In this document: positions 9,490-17,800 of the stretch, in pieces
Numbering within the stretch: the first letter of the stretch is position 1
How the letters are laid out: the number at the start of each line of letters is the position of its first letter
Assembly: GCA_038230375.1 (NCBI GenBank)
Contig: JBBRNJ010000051.1
Coordinates: 1-64,000 of the forward strand
DNA length: 64,000 bases
DNA from: Polyangiales bacterium
Lineage (GTDB): Bacteria; Myxococcota_A; Polyangia; Polyangiales; Polyangiaceae
Direction of reading: 5' to 3'
Notes under the pieces: generated by a model
What the model was told of the DNA's origin: nothing
Database searches by the model: none
What the model saw: the letters and a program-made list of their open reading frames with translations, nothing else
Translations under genes and position numbers: made by a program

Positions 9490-10436
9490 GCTCCTGCCAC
9501 GCGCTTGAAGAAGCCCACCGCTGCCTTCTCCAGCATGCGCGCGCCCTCTTCCTCCACTGGCATGTGACTCGCGCCCGGCAGCACGACCATCTCCTTCTCG
9601 CATGCGAGTCGGTCGAAGAAGCGACGGCTGTGAGCGATATCCGTCATGCGGTCACAACCTGGATGTGCGAGGAGCAGCGGACAGTCCTTGAAGTCCTCGG
9701 GCTCGATGGCGGGCGCCGCGTTCATGAACGTGCGCAGGAAGCGCGCCGGTACGATGTTGCCGCCGCCAAGGCGATCCGTCATGCACACCTTTGACAGCGC
9801 CTTGTTCTGCGAGATGTTGTTCATCTTGGACATGTACGCCATGGGCAGCGGCAAGCCGTCCGTGAGCGTCGGGGTCGCGGACAGGAGCGACAGGCCCAGC
9901 GTGCCCAGGAGCTTCGTTCGCGCGAAATCCCGTCGCACTTCCTTCTCGCGCGTGTCGGCGATGGTCGTGACGCATACACCTGCGACGCGCCGCGAGCGGG
10001 CGGCGGCCTGATAGGCAAGGATGCCGCCCAGGCTCACGCCGAAGAGCGCGATCGGTTTGTCGTCCAGCGCGAGCTCGTGCGCGATGAGATCCACCACGCA
10101 GTCGACCCAGGCGTCGTACGTGAAGCGCGACCACGGCACCTTCGTGAGCCCGTACCCGGGAAGATCTGGCGCCACGGTGTCGAAGCCGTAGCGCTGCGCG
10201 AGCACCGCACACGGCGCCATCACGCGGCCGTATGCGCCCGCGCCATGGATCACCAGGACCTTGAGCCGAGACCCCGGGACCCGCGCGCGGTCCAGGTGGA
10301 CATCCAGGCCGCGCCACTTCCACCACTCCTCCTTTGGCATCGTCTCCTTCGTCGCGCGCATGAACGCGGGGAAGTGCTCCTCGTATTTTCGCCAGTGCGT
10401 GAGCGACTCGTAGGAGGGAAGGGCATCCGTGCTCAT
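9450..10436 (-). CDS. Alpha/beta hydrolase (lysophospholipase-like)
   Basis: HGAG, DLPGYG, GVSLGG nucleophile elbow, C-terminal His (GASH). Confidence 0.88.
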   Translation of the reverse strand: MSTDALPSYESLTHWRKYEEHFPAFMRATKETMPKEEWWKWRGLDVHLDRARVPGSRLKVLVIHGAGAYGRVMAPCAVLAQRYGFDTVAPDLPGYGLTKVPWSRFTYDAWVDCVVDLIAHELALDDKPIALFGVSLGGILAYQAAARSRRVAGVCVTTIADTREKEVRRDFARTKLLGTLGLSLLSATPTLTDGLPLPMAYMSKMNNISQNKALSKVCMTDRLGGGNIVPARFLRTFMNAAPAIEPEDFKDCPLLLAHPGCDRMTDIAHSRRFFDRLACEKEMVVLPGASHMPVEEEGARMLEKAAVGFFKRVAGAQGTGVSECTAQL

Positions 10437-10825
10437 CACGCCACCGCCATGGCAAAGACGGACAGCCATGCGGTGGCGCCGCAGATGGCGAAGAGCCCCG
10501 TCATCACGGCGCCGCGGTTGATGCCCTGCTTCTTCAGGACGGGGATGGCGGCGGAGATCAGATCGCCCAGGTCCATCGCCGCCTGGAAGGGCATCACGAA
10601 GTGAAGCTTGTCGATGTCCGTGGCCGCCCACGCCGCGAGCGCACCGAGCCCGATGTCACGAACGCCGAAGAGGCGCGCCATGATCCGCGCGGACGCGTTG
10701 TCGTGGTCCTTGGGGAACCCGAGCATCGCGGCCGTGCGACCGGCAGAGACGAACGGCGCGAGACCAATGAGGGTGCGGCCGACGGCGAAGGCATAGATGA
10801 GGGTGGTGAGGGTGTGCGGGGACAT
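10436..10825 (-). CDS. Small membrane protein (DUF4267-like)
   Basis: RLFGVRDIGLG motif, about four hydrophobic segments; coupled to the hydrolase. Confidence 0.7.
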   Translation of the reverse strand: MSPHTLTTLIYAFAVGRTLIGLAPFVSAGRTAAMLGFPKDHDNASARIMARLFGVRDIGLGALAAWAATDIDKLHFVMPFQAAMDLGDLISAAIPVLKKQGINRGAVMTGLFAICGATAWLSVFAMAVA

Positions 10826-10926
10826 GCGGGCCTTTGGGGGGAGGGTTGGGCGGGCGTGAAGGGGGCAACGAATGAGCGATGAGCGGGCGATGAACGGGCG
10901 ATGAAGCGATGTATGAATTATTGACC

Positions 10927-10948
10927 GTAATGGTTTTATAGTCATTAC
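10927..10948. promoter_or_regulatory. Imperfect inverted repeat, candidate operator
   Basis: GTAATGGTT-TTAT-AGTCATTAC in an AT-rich intergenic region. Confidence 0.4.
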
Positions 10949-10954
10949 CGGACG

Positions 10955-10980
10955 AAGAAAAAGCCGCTTGATAAGCGGCT
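10955..10980 (-). terminator. Intrinsic terminator-like hairpin
   Basis: Perfect 8-bp stem AGCCGCTT-GAT-AAGCGGCT, followed on the minus strand by TTTTCTT. Confidence 0.55.
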
Positions 10981-11073
10981 GTTGTCGTTGACTAGAATGA
11001 TGGTTTAGTCAGTTTTTCGAATCCGTCAAGGAAGAATCGACCTGGGTTTTGGGAGACCGGTAGGATTTGTTGG

Positions 11074-11541
11074 ATGGGGAACCCTTGGTCGTGGCGGCTC
11101 TTGTCGCTTCTTTCGCTGGTCGCCGTGGGCGGATGCACCAGCCTCGAGAAGGGCGCGCAGGAGGAGTTCACTTCTTCGTTCTCCTGTCCCAAGGAGCGGG
11201 TGACGGTCACGCCGCGGCCTGACCTCAAGGCTGCCGTGTTCGGGTCGCGGCCGGCGCCTCCCGCGGACGTCGCCGCGGATCCTGCAAGGCTCGCGGTCTG
11301 GCAGAAGAAGGAGGATGACCTGCAGTCGACCTGGAACAACTCGACGACGGTGTTCGAGGTCGCTGGTTGCGACAAGGACGTCATCTACAAGTGTGGGCAG
11401 GCGGCCAAGCACGCGAGCACGTCGAGCGGGATCATGTGCACCGAGGCGCGCCACGTGTCGGCGTCGGGCGCTACAGAACCAGCCGGAAATGGATCGCCTT
11501 CGGGCGGGTCAGGTGGTCGAACCCCAAAGCACTCAAGGTGA
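11074..11541 (+). CDS. Hypothetical lipoprotein
   Basis: Signal peptide ending VGGC; several Cys. Confidence 0.75.
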   Translation: MGNPWSWRLLSLLSLVAVGGCTSLEKGAQEEFTSSFSCPKERVTVTPRPDLKAAVFGSRPAPPADVAADPARLAVWQKKEDDLQSTWNNSTTVFEVAGCDKDVIYKCGQAAKHASTSSGIMCTEARHVSASGATEPAGNGSPSGGSGGRTPKHSR

Positions 11542-12862
11542 CGCCGCAGCCGGAGTCCTTCACGCCCACCCACGGCAGCGCGGGGTCGAGCGAGTCGCAG
11601 CGGTTCATGTAGATCGTGCCCGCCTCCAGCTCCTTTGCCATGCGGTCTGCGCGCGCGCGATCCTTCGTGTAGATGGCGGCGGTGAGCCCGTAGCGCGAGT
11701 CGTTCATGCGCGCGAGCGCCTCGTCGTCAGAGGCGACCTTCATGATGGGCATGATGGGGCCGAACGACTCGTTCTTCATCAGTGACATGTCGTGCGTCAC
11801 GTCGGCGAGGAGCGTGGCCTGGAAGAAGCGGCCCTTCCCACTGACCTGCGCTGCCTTCCCGCCGCAGCAGAGACGCGCGCCCTTCTTCGTGGCGTCTTCC
11901 ACGAAGGCGGTGAGCTCCGCCACGTGATGCGGCTGTGCGATCGGGCCGAGCGTGGTCGCCTCGTCGCGCGGGTCGCCCATGACGTAGGCACGAATGAGCG
12001 GCTCGCACGCGGCCACGAACGCGGCGTAGATGCTCTCGTGCACGTAGACGCGCTCGATGGCGCAGCAGCTCTGGCCGGCGTTGAACATGGCGCCGTCCAC
12101 CAGGGATGCGGCCGCCTTCTCCACGTCGCAATCGGGTGCAACATACACGGGATCGTTCCCGCCGAGCTCCAGCTCCACATGCGTGAAGTGCTTCTCCGTG
12201 GCGGCGCGCTGGATGCGCTGACCGCCGAACACGGAGCCGGTGAAGAGCGTCTTCTTCACGCGCGGGTCGCCCGCCATCGCCTCGCTGGTCTCGTGCGCGG
12301 CGTGCATCGCGGTGAGCAGGCCCTTGGGCGCGCCGGCCTCGTCGAACGCGCGGGCGAAGTGTTCACCGCAGAGCGGGCTGCGCGGCGAGTGCTTCAGCAC
12401 CACCGAGTTGCCCGCGAGGATCGCCGGCACCACCGCGTTGACCGCGGTGAGCAGCGGATAGTTCCACGCCGGTAGATCGAGCACGACACCCCACGGCTCT
12501 TTCACGATGCGACGATCGAAGCCCTCCTTCGGCAGCACGATGTCCGCAAGGCTCGCCTCCGCGATCTCGAGCAAGTACCTGTAGCGGCCTGCCATGCCGG
12601 ACAATTCGCCCTTCGCCTGTGAGAGTGGCTTGCCCATCATGCGCGAGATGTCCGCCGCGATCTCGTCGGTCCGCGCCTCCATCTTCTCGAGCGCACGCGT
12701 GCAGAGAGCGCGACGATCCGCGAGGCTCGTGTGCTTTGCATCGCGGGCCGCGCGTGTGGCGGCGTCGAGCACGCGATCGACATCCGCTGCGCTCGCCAGA
12801 TCGACGGTGCATGCGGGTTCGAGCGTGAAGGGGTTGTCGACCTCGAGCTGGGCGTTGGGCAT
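11471..12862 (-). CDS. Aldehyde dehydrogenase family protein
   Basis: AWNYP, FTGS, LELGGND, FNAGQSCC, ESFGP. Confidence 0.95.
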   Translation of the reverse strand: MPNAQLEVDNPFTLEPACTVDLASAADVDRVLDAATRAARDAKHTSLADRRALCTRALEKMEARTDEIAADISRMMGKPLSQAKGELSGMAGRYRYLLEIAEASLADIVLPKEGFDRRIVKEPWGVVLDLPAWNYPLLTAVNAVVPAILAGNSVVLKHSPRSPLCGEHFARAFDEAGAPKGLLTAMHAAHETSEAMAGDPRVKKTLFTGSVFGGQRIQRAATEKHFTHVELELGGNDPVYVAPDCDVEKAAASLVDGAMFNAGQSCCAIERVYVHESIYAAFVAACEPLIRAYVMGDPRDEATTLGPIAQPHHVAELTAFVEDATKKGARLCCGGKAAQVSGKGRFFQATLLADVTHDMSLMKNESFGPIMPIMKVASDDEALARMNDSRYGLTAAIYTKDRARADRMAKELEAGTIYMNRCDSLDPALPWVGVKDSGCGVTLSALGFDHLTRPKAIHFRLVL

Positions 12863-12897
12863 GGCCCGAAGTTTACACCAGGTGATATTCGTGGAGG

Positions 12898-13878
12898 GTG
12901 AAGGCCCTGACATTCTCTTCGTTCGGCGGTCCGGAGGTGCTCGGCATCTCCGACGTTCCCGCACCCGCGCTCTCCGCAGGCACCGCGCTCGTCCGCATGA
13001 AGGCGATCGGCGTGAACTTCGCCGACGTGTACAGGCGTCAGGGGCGATACCACCTGGAAGGCAAGGCGCCGTGGGTGCTCGGGTACGAGGGCGCGGGCGT
13101 GATCGAGGCGATCGACGCGTCTGGCGGCGACATCGCGTCCGTGCCGTTCCGCGTGGGCGATCGCGTTGCGTTCGCGGACGTGCCGCATGCGAACGCAGAG
13201 CTCGTACATGCGAAGCTCTCTCACCTGGTGCCGCTCCCCGATGCGATCTCGTTCGAGGTGGCCGCCGCGCTCCTGCTGCAAGGACTCACGGCGCAGTACC
13301 TGTCGACCGACAGCCACGCGCTGGCGAAGGGCGAGCTCGCGGTGGTGCTTGCGGCCGCGGGCGGCGTGGGCGCGCTCCTCATCCAGCTCGCGAAGCATGC
13401 GGGGGCGCGCGTCCTGGGCGTGGTCTCCAGCGCTGCGAAGGCGGAGGTCGCCACGCGCGCAGGCGCCGACACCACGTGCCTCACGACGGAGGACTGGCCG
13501 GCCCGCGCGAAGGAGATGTCCTCCGGTCGCGGCGCGGATGTGGTCTACGACTCCGTGGGCGTGACGCTCGCGCAGAGCCTGTCCGCTGCGCGCACGGGTG
13601 GGGCGGTGGTCTTCTACGGAATGGCGGGCGGCGACCCAGCGCCGGTCGATCCACGGCAGTTGATGGATCGCTCGCTCACGCTCACCGGCGGCGATCTCTG
13701 GAACTTCCTCACCTCCAGCGAAGAGCGCATCGGTCGCTCGTCACGCCTCTTCACGCTCGTCGCGAAGGGCGCGCTCGACGTCGGCACGCCGCGCACGTTT
13801 CCCCTGGAAAAAGGCAGCGAAGCGCATGCGCTGCTCGAAGGTCGTCAAACCACGGGCAAGCTGCTGCTGATCCCTTAG
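12898..13878 (+). CDS. NADPH:quinone oxidoreductase (zeta-crystallin/Qor family)
   Basis: GVNFAD, LGYEGAG, AAAGGVG, TTGKLLL. Confidence 0.92.
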   Translation: MKALTFSSFGGPEVLGISDVPAPALSAGTALVRMKAIGVNFADVYRRQGRYHLEGKAPWVLGYEGAGVIEAIDASGGDIASVPFRVGDRVAFADVPHANAELVHAKLSHLVPLPDAISFEVAAALLLQGLTAQYLSTDSHALAKGELAVVLAAAGGVGALLIQLAKHAGARVLGVVSSAAKAEVATRAGADTTCLTTEDWPARAKEMSSGRGADVVYDSVGVTLAQSLSAARTGGAVVFYGMAGGDPAPVDPRQLMDRSLTLTGGDLWNFLTSSEERIGRSSRLFTLVAKGALDVGTPRTFPLEKGSEAHALLEGRQTTGKLLLIP

Positions 13879-14315
13879 TCGCTCGTCACCGACAGCGCGT
13901 ACACGTGCTGCGTCTTCTTTTTCTCGAAGCCGAGTTGCGTGTAGAATACATGTGAAACGTCGCGCGTGACGTTCGAGCGCACGCGGATTGACGTGATGCC
14001 GCGCTCCTTCGTGAAGGCCACCGCGCGGGCGACGAGCGCGCGACCGGCGCCCGTGCGTTGTGCGCGGCCCATGACCGACAGCGCCAGGATCTCCGTGTGT
14101 ACGGGCGATTCGAGCGGCACCCTGACCCCGACCTGCAAGAAGCCGATGATCGCGTGGTCACGCTCCGCGACGAAGAGACCGTCTTCGCCCGCCTTCGTGA
14201 GCAATGCAAAGCGCGCCCGGAGGTCCTCGAGCGGACCCGGGTAGCCGAGCTCTCGACTGAGCTCGGCCACCTGCGGAAGATCCGTCTCTGCCATCTCCCG
14301 GATGAGCGGGGTCAC
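13875..14315 (-). CDS. GNAT family N-acetyltransferase
   Basis: QRTGAGRALV acetyl-CoA motif, FYTQLGF. Confidence 0.88.
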   Translation of the reverse strand: MTPLIREMAETDLPQVAELSRELGYPGPLEDLRARFALLTKAGEDGLFVAERDHAIIGFLQVGVRVPLESPVHTEILALSVMGRAQRTGAGRALVARAVAFTKERGITSIRVRSNVTRDVSHVFYTQLGFEKKKTQHVYALSVTSD

Positions 14316-14325
14316 GCGAGCCGGT

Positions 14326-14751
14326 TCAGTGTCCGTTCGTCTGGATGGTGCCCACGCCCGGCACAACCACGGTGCCGTTGCCGTTCTTGTCCGTGTTCAC
14401 CTTCACGCCGCCGGTGGTGACGTTCGTGTTGCCACCCTTCGTGACGTCGACGCTCGCGGTGGGGGTGACGACCGTGGTGTTGCCGTTGCCTGTCTCCACG
14501 TGCGCGTTCTTCGTGTCCACGGTGGTCTTGCCGTCCTGCTTCACCACGGTGGCCTGGCCGCCTTGCGGGGCTGTCCCGGTGATCGTGGTGGTGCCGTTGC
14601 CCGTCACCTTGACTTGCTGACCGTTGGCGCCGGTGACCGTGACACCTTGGGCGCTGGCGGCTGCCGGGTCCGGCTGCGCGGTGGCCTCATCCTTCTTTCC
14701 GCACGCCGTGAGAGACAGCAACGCGACGGCCACGACAACGACATTCTTCAT
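14326..14751 (-). CDS. Gly/Thr/Val-rich lipoprotein with beta-repeats
   Basis: Lipobox LTAC; repeated V-x-T-G-N-G hairpin-like units. Confidence 0.8.
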   Translation of the reverse strand: MKNVVVVAVALLSLTACGKKDEATAQPDPAAASAQGVTVTGANGQQVKVTGNGTTTITGTAPQGGQATVVKQDGKTTVDTKNAHVETGNGNTTVVTPTASVDVTKGGNTNVTTGGVKVNTDKNGNGTVVVPGVGTIQTNGH

Positions 14752-14805
14752 GGTGAATCTCCTGTTCAAAGCTTGGATCCAAGCTCGACCTTGGGAGAAT
14801 GTACT

Positions 14806-17800
14806 CTAGGCCGAGGCCGACAGGAAGCGGCCGGTTGGCGTCTTCTGTGCGCGCAGCTTCTTCGGCTCGCCTTCGAAGACCACGTGACCGCCAGCGTCGC
14901 CGGCCTCCGGTCCCAGCTCCACGACCCAGTCTGCGGCAGCGATCACGTCGGGCTGGTGCTCGATCACGACAAGGGTGTCTCCGCGCGCCACGAGCTTCTC
15001 CATCACGGCGATGAGCTTTCGCACGTCCGACACGTGGAGACCCGTGGTGGGCTCGTCGAGCACGTAGACGGTGGGCTCGTGCGCCGACCCTGCCGTGAGC
15101 TCCGCCGCCAGCTTGAGGCGCTGAGCTTCGCCGCCGGACAGCGTGTTCGAGCCCTGCCCGATCTGCACATAGCCCACGCCTAGCTCGCACATGAGCGTGA
15201 GCGGACGGGCGATGCGTGGGAACGCAGAGAACACATGCGCCGCGTCCTCCGCGGACAGGCGCAGCACGTCGCCGATCGATAGATCCTTGTATCTTACATC
15301 CAACGTCGCGGGCTCGAAGCGCGCGCCACCGCACGCGTCGCACCCGTTCGATACGTCAGGCAAGAAGCTCATCTCGTGCACGATGACGCCCTGGCCGTCG
15401 CACGCGGTGCAACGTCCGCCCGCGGTGGAGTTGAACGAGAAGCGCCCAGGGCCGTAGCCACGGCTCTTTGCCTCGGGCAGCGCTGCATAGAGCTTCCGCA
15501 GGTCATCCCAGATGCCAAGGAACGTGGCGGGGACCGAACGCGGCGTGCGACCGATGGGCGATTGGTCCACGGCGAGCGCGCGCTTCACGTGTCCCACGCC
15601 TGTGAGCTTGTCGAACGGCAGCGGCTCCTGCGCGGTGAGCCCCAGCGCGCGACGCAGCGCGGGGTGGAACACCTGACGCACCAGCGTGCTCTTGCCGGAG
15701 CCGCTCACGCCGCACACCACCGTGAGCCTGCCCACGGGCACCTTCAACGTGACGTTCTTCAGGTTGTGTGCGCGCGCGCCGGTCAGGACGACATGGCTCT
15801 TCGCCGGCCCACGCGCCTCGCGCGCCACCTTCACGGTGTCCGCTAGCGCGCGTCCAGTGGGTGAGTCCTTGCTTGCGAGCACCCTCTTGGCGGGCCCCGC
15901 GGCGCAGATGTGACCACCGCCTCTGCCGCCGCTTGGACCCAGATCGAGCAGGTGGTCCGCCGCGCGAATCACCTCCGCGTCGTGCTCGACCACGATCACG
16001 GTGGAGCCCGTATCCACGAGCTTGCGCAGGTTGCCGATCAGGCGCGCGGTGTCGCGTGGATGCAGGCCTATGGTGGGCTCGTCCAGGACGTACAGCGCGC
16101 CGGTGAGGCCGGAGCCGAGCTGCGCGGACAATCGAAGGCGCTGCATCTCGCCACCGGAGAGCGTGCTGGCCCAGCGATCGAGCGAGAGGTAGCCCAGGCC
16201 CACCTCCTTCACGAACGAGAGACGCCTGACGAGCTCCGCGTGAGGTGCGCTCGCGATCGTGGCCGCGGCGCCGTGGAATTTCCAGGTCTGCGCCCACACG
16301 AGCGCGCTGTCCACGCTCCGGCGCGAGACGGCTGCGTAGGTCTCGTCGAAGAGACGAACGCGCCGTGGGATCTTCGCGAGGCGCTCGCCGTTGCAGACGC
16401 GGCATGGCAGGGTGTCGGGCTCGTCGTCGGCCAGGTTGCCGCGGATGCCGGAGCCCTCACACGCTGGGCACTGGCCCTGCTTCGTGTTGAAGGAGAACCA
16501 CCGCGGGTCGATCTCGGGAACGCCAGTCCCGCAGTTGCCGCACGCGCGTCGCGTGGACACGAGCGACTCATCCGCGCGCGGCGTGGCGGTGGGCTCACCC
16601 GGTGCGATACGGAGCGCGCCCGCGCCCCACAGCAGCGCGCGCTCGAAGTGCTCCCGCAAGAGCGTGGAGGGCGGCCCGTAGTGCACGATGAGGTCGACGG
16701 AGTGCTCGAGTGACTTCTTGAGCCGCGGCGGCGGATCGATCTCGATGATCTTCCCGTCCACGCGTGCGGTGGTCACGCCAGCGCGCGCCGCCATGGTGAA
16801 GACGTCCAGGTACGTGCCCTTCCGCGCGCGCACCGCCGGGCTGTAGATGGTGACTGGCCTGTCCGCGCTTTCGTTCTTCGCATTCTGGAGCCGCTCCCAG
16901 ATCTCCTGCGGCGCGCTCGCGGAGACGACGGCGTCGCACGTGGGGCAGTGGACGTCACCCACCTTCGCGTAGAGCAAGCGAATGTAGTGCGCGATCTCCG
17001 TGACGGTGGAGACGGTGGAGTTCGCTCCTGCACGTGACAGCCGCTGCTCGAGCGCGATGGAAGGGGGGACCCCCACGACACGGTCCACGTCGGGCCGCGG
17101 CATCTGCGGCAAGAACTGACGCGCGTACGGCGTGAGCGTCTCCAGGAAGCGGCGCTGTCCCTCCGCGTAGACCACATCGAAAGCGAGTGAGCTCTTGCCG
17201 GATCCGCTCGGCCCCGTGACGACCGTCAGCGCGCCGTGCGGAATGGTGCAAGATACATCTTTCAGGTTGTGCTCGCGCGCGTGGGACACCGAGATGGCAA
17301 GGTCTTCGCGTGCCGCGCGCCTGCTCCTTGCGCGAACGGCGGCAGCGCCCGCGGCCTCTTCTTTTGCGCTCTTTCCGAACGACGCGCGCATGGCGACGCC
17401 CGTCTTGGTGTCCGCCTTCGCGAGCGCGTCCGGCGTGCCCGCGAACACGACCTCACCCCCGGCGGGACCGCCACCCGGGCCCAGGTCGATCACCCAGTCG
17501 CACGTGCGAATGACGGAGAGATCGTGCTCGACGACCACCACCGTTGCCCCGGCATCGACGAGCTCCCGCAGCGCAGTGACCACGAACGCCGCGTCCTCGG
17601 CGTGCAGGCCCGCGCTTGGCTCGTCCACGACGAAGAGCGTGCCGCGCGGATCCTCCGACAGCGCGCGCGCGAGCTTGAGCCGCTGCGCCTCACCGCCGGA
17701 CAGCGTGGACAAGGGCTGCCCGAGCGTGAGGTAGCCAAGGCCCACCTTGGACACGGGGGAGAGCGCGCGCTTCAGCACGGGATCGTAGAACTCGCCCTCG

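Noticed and set aside
9450..11541. Convergent 3' overlaps (9450-9489, 11471-11541; also 46466-46500)
   Set aside because: Short tail-to-tail overlaps are common in compact GC-rich genomes; no further evidence of function
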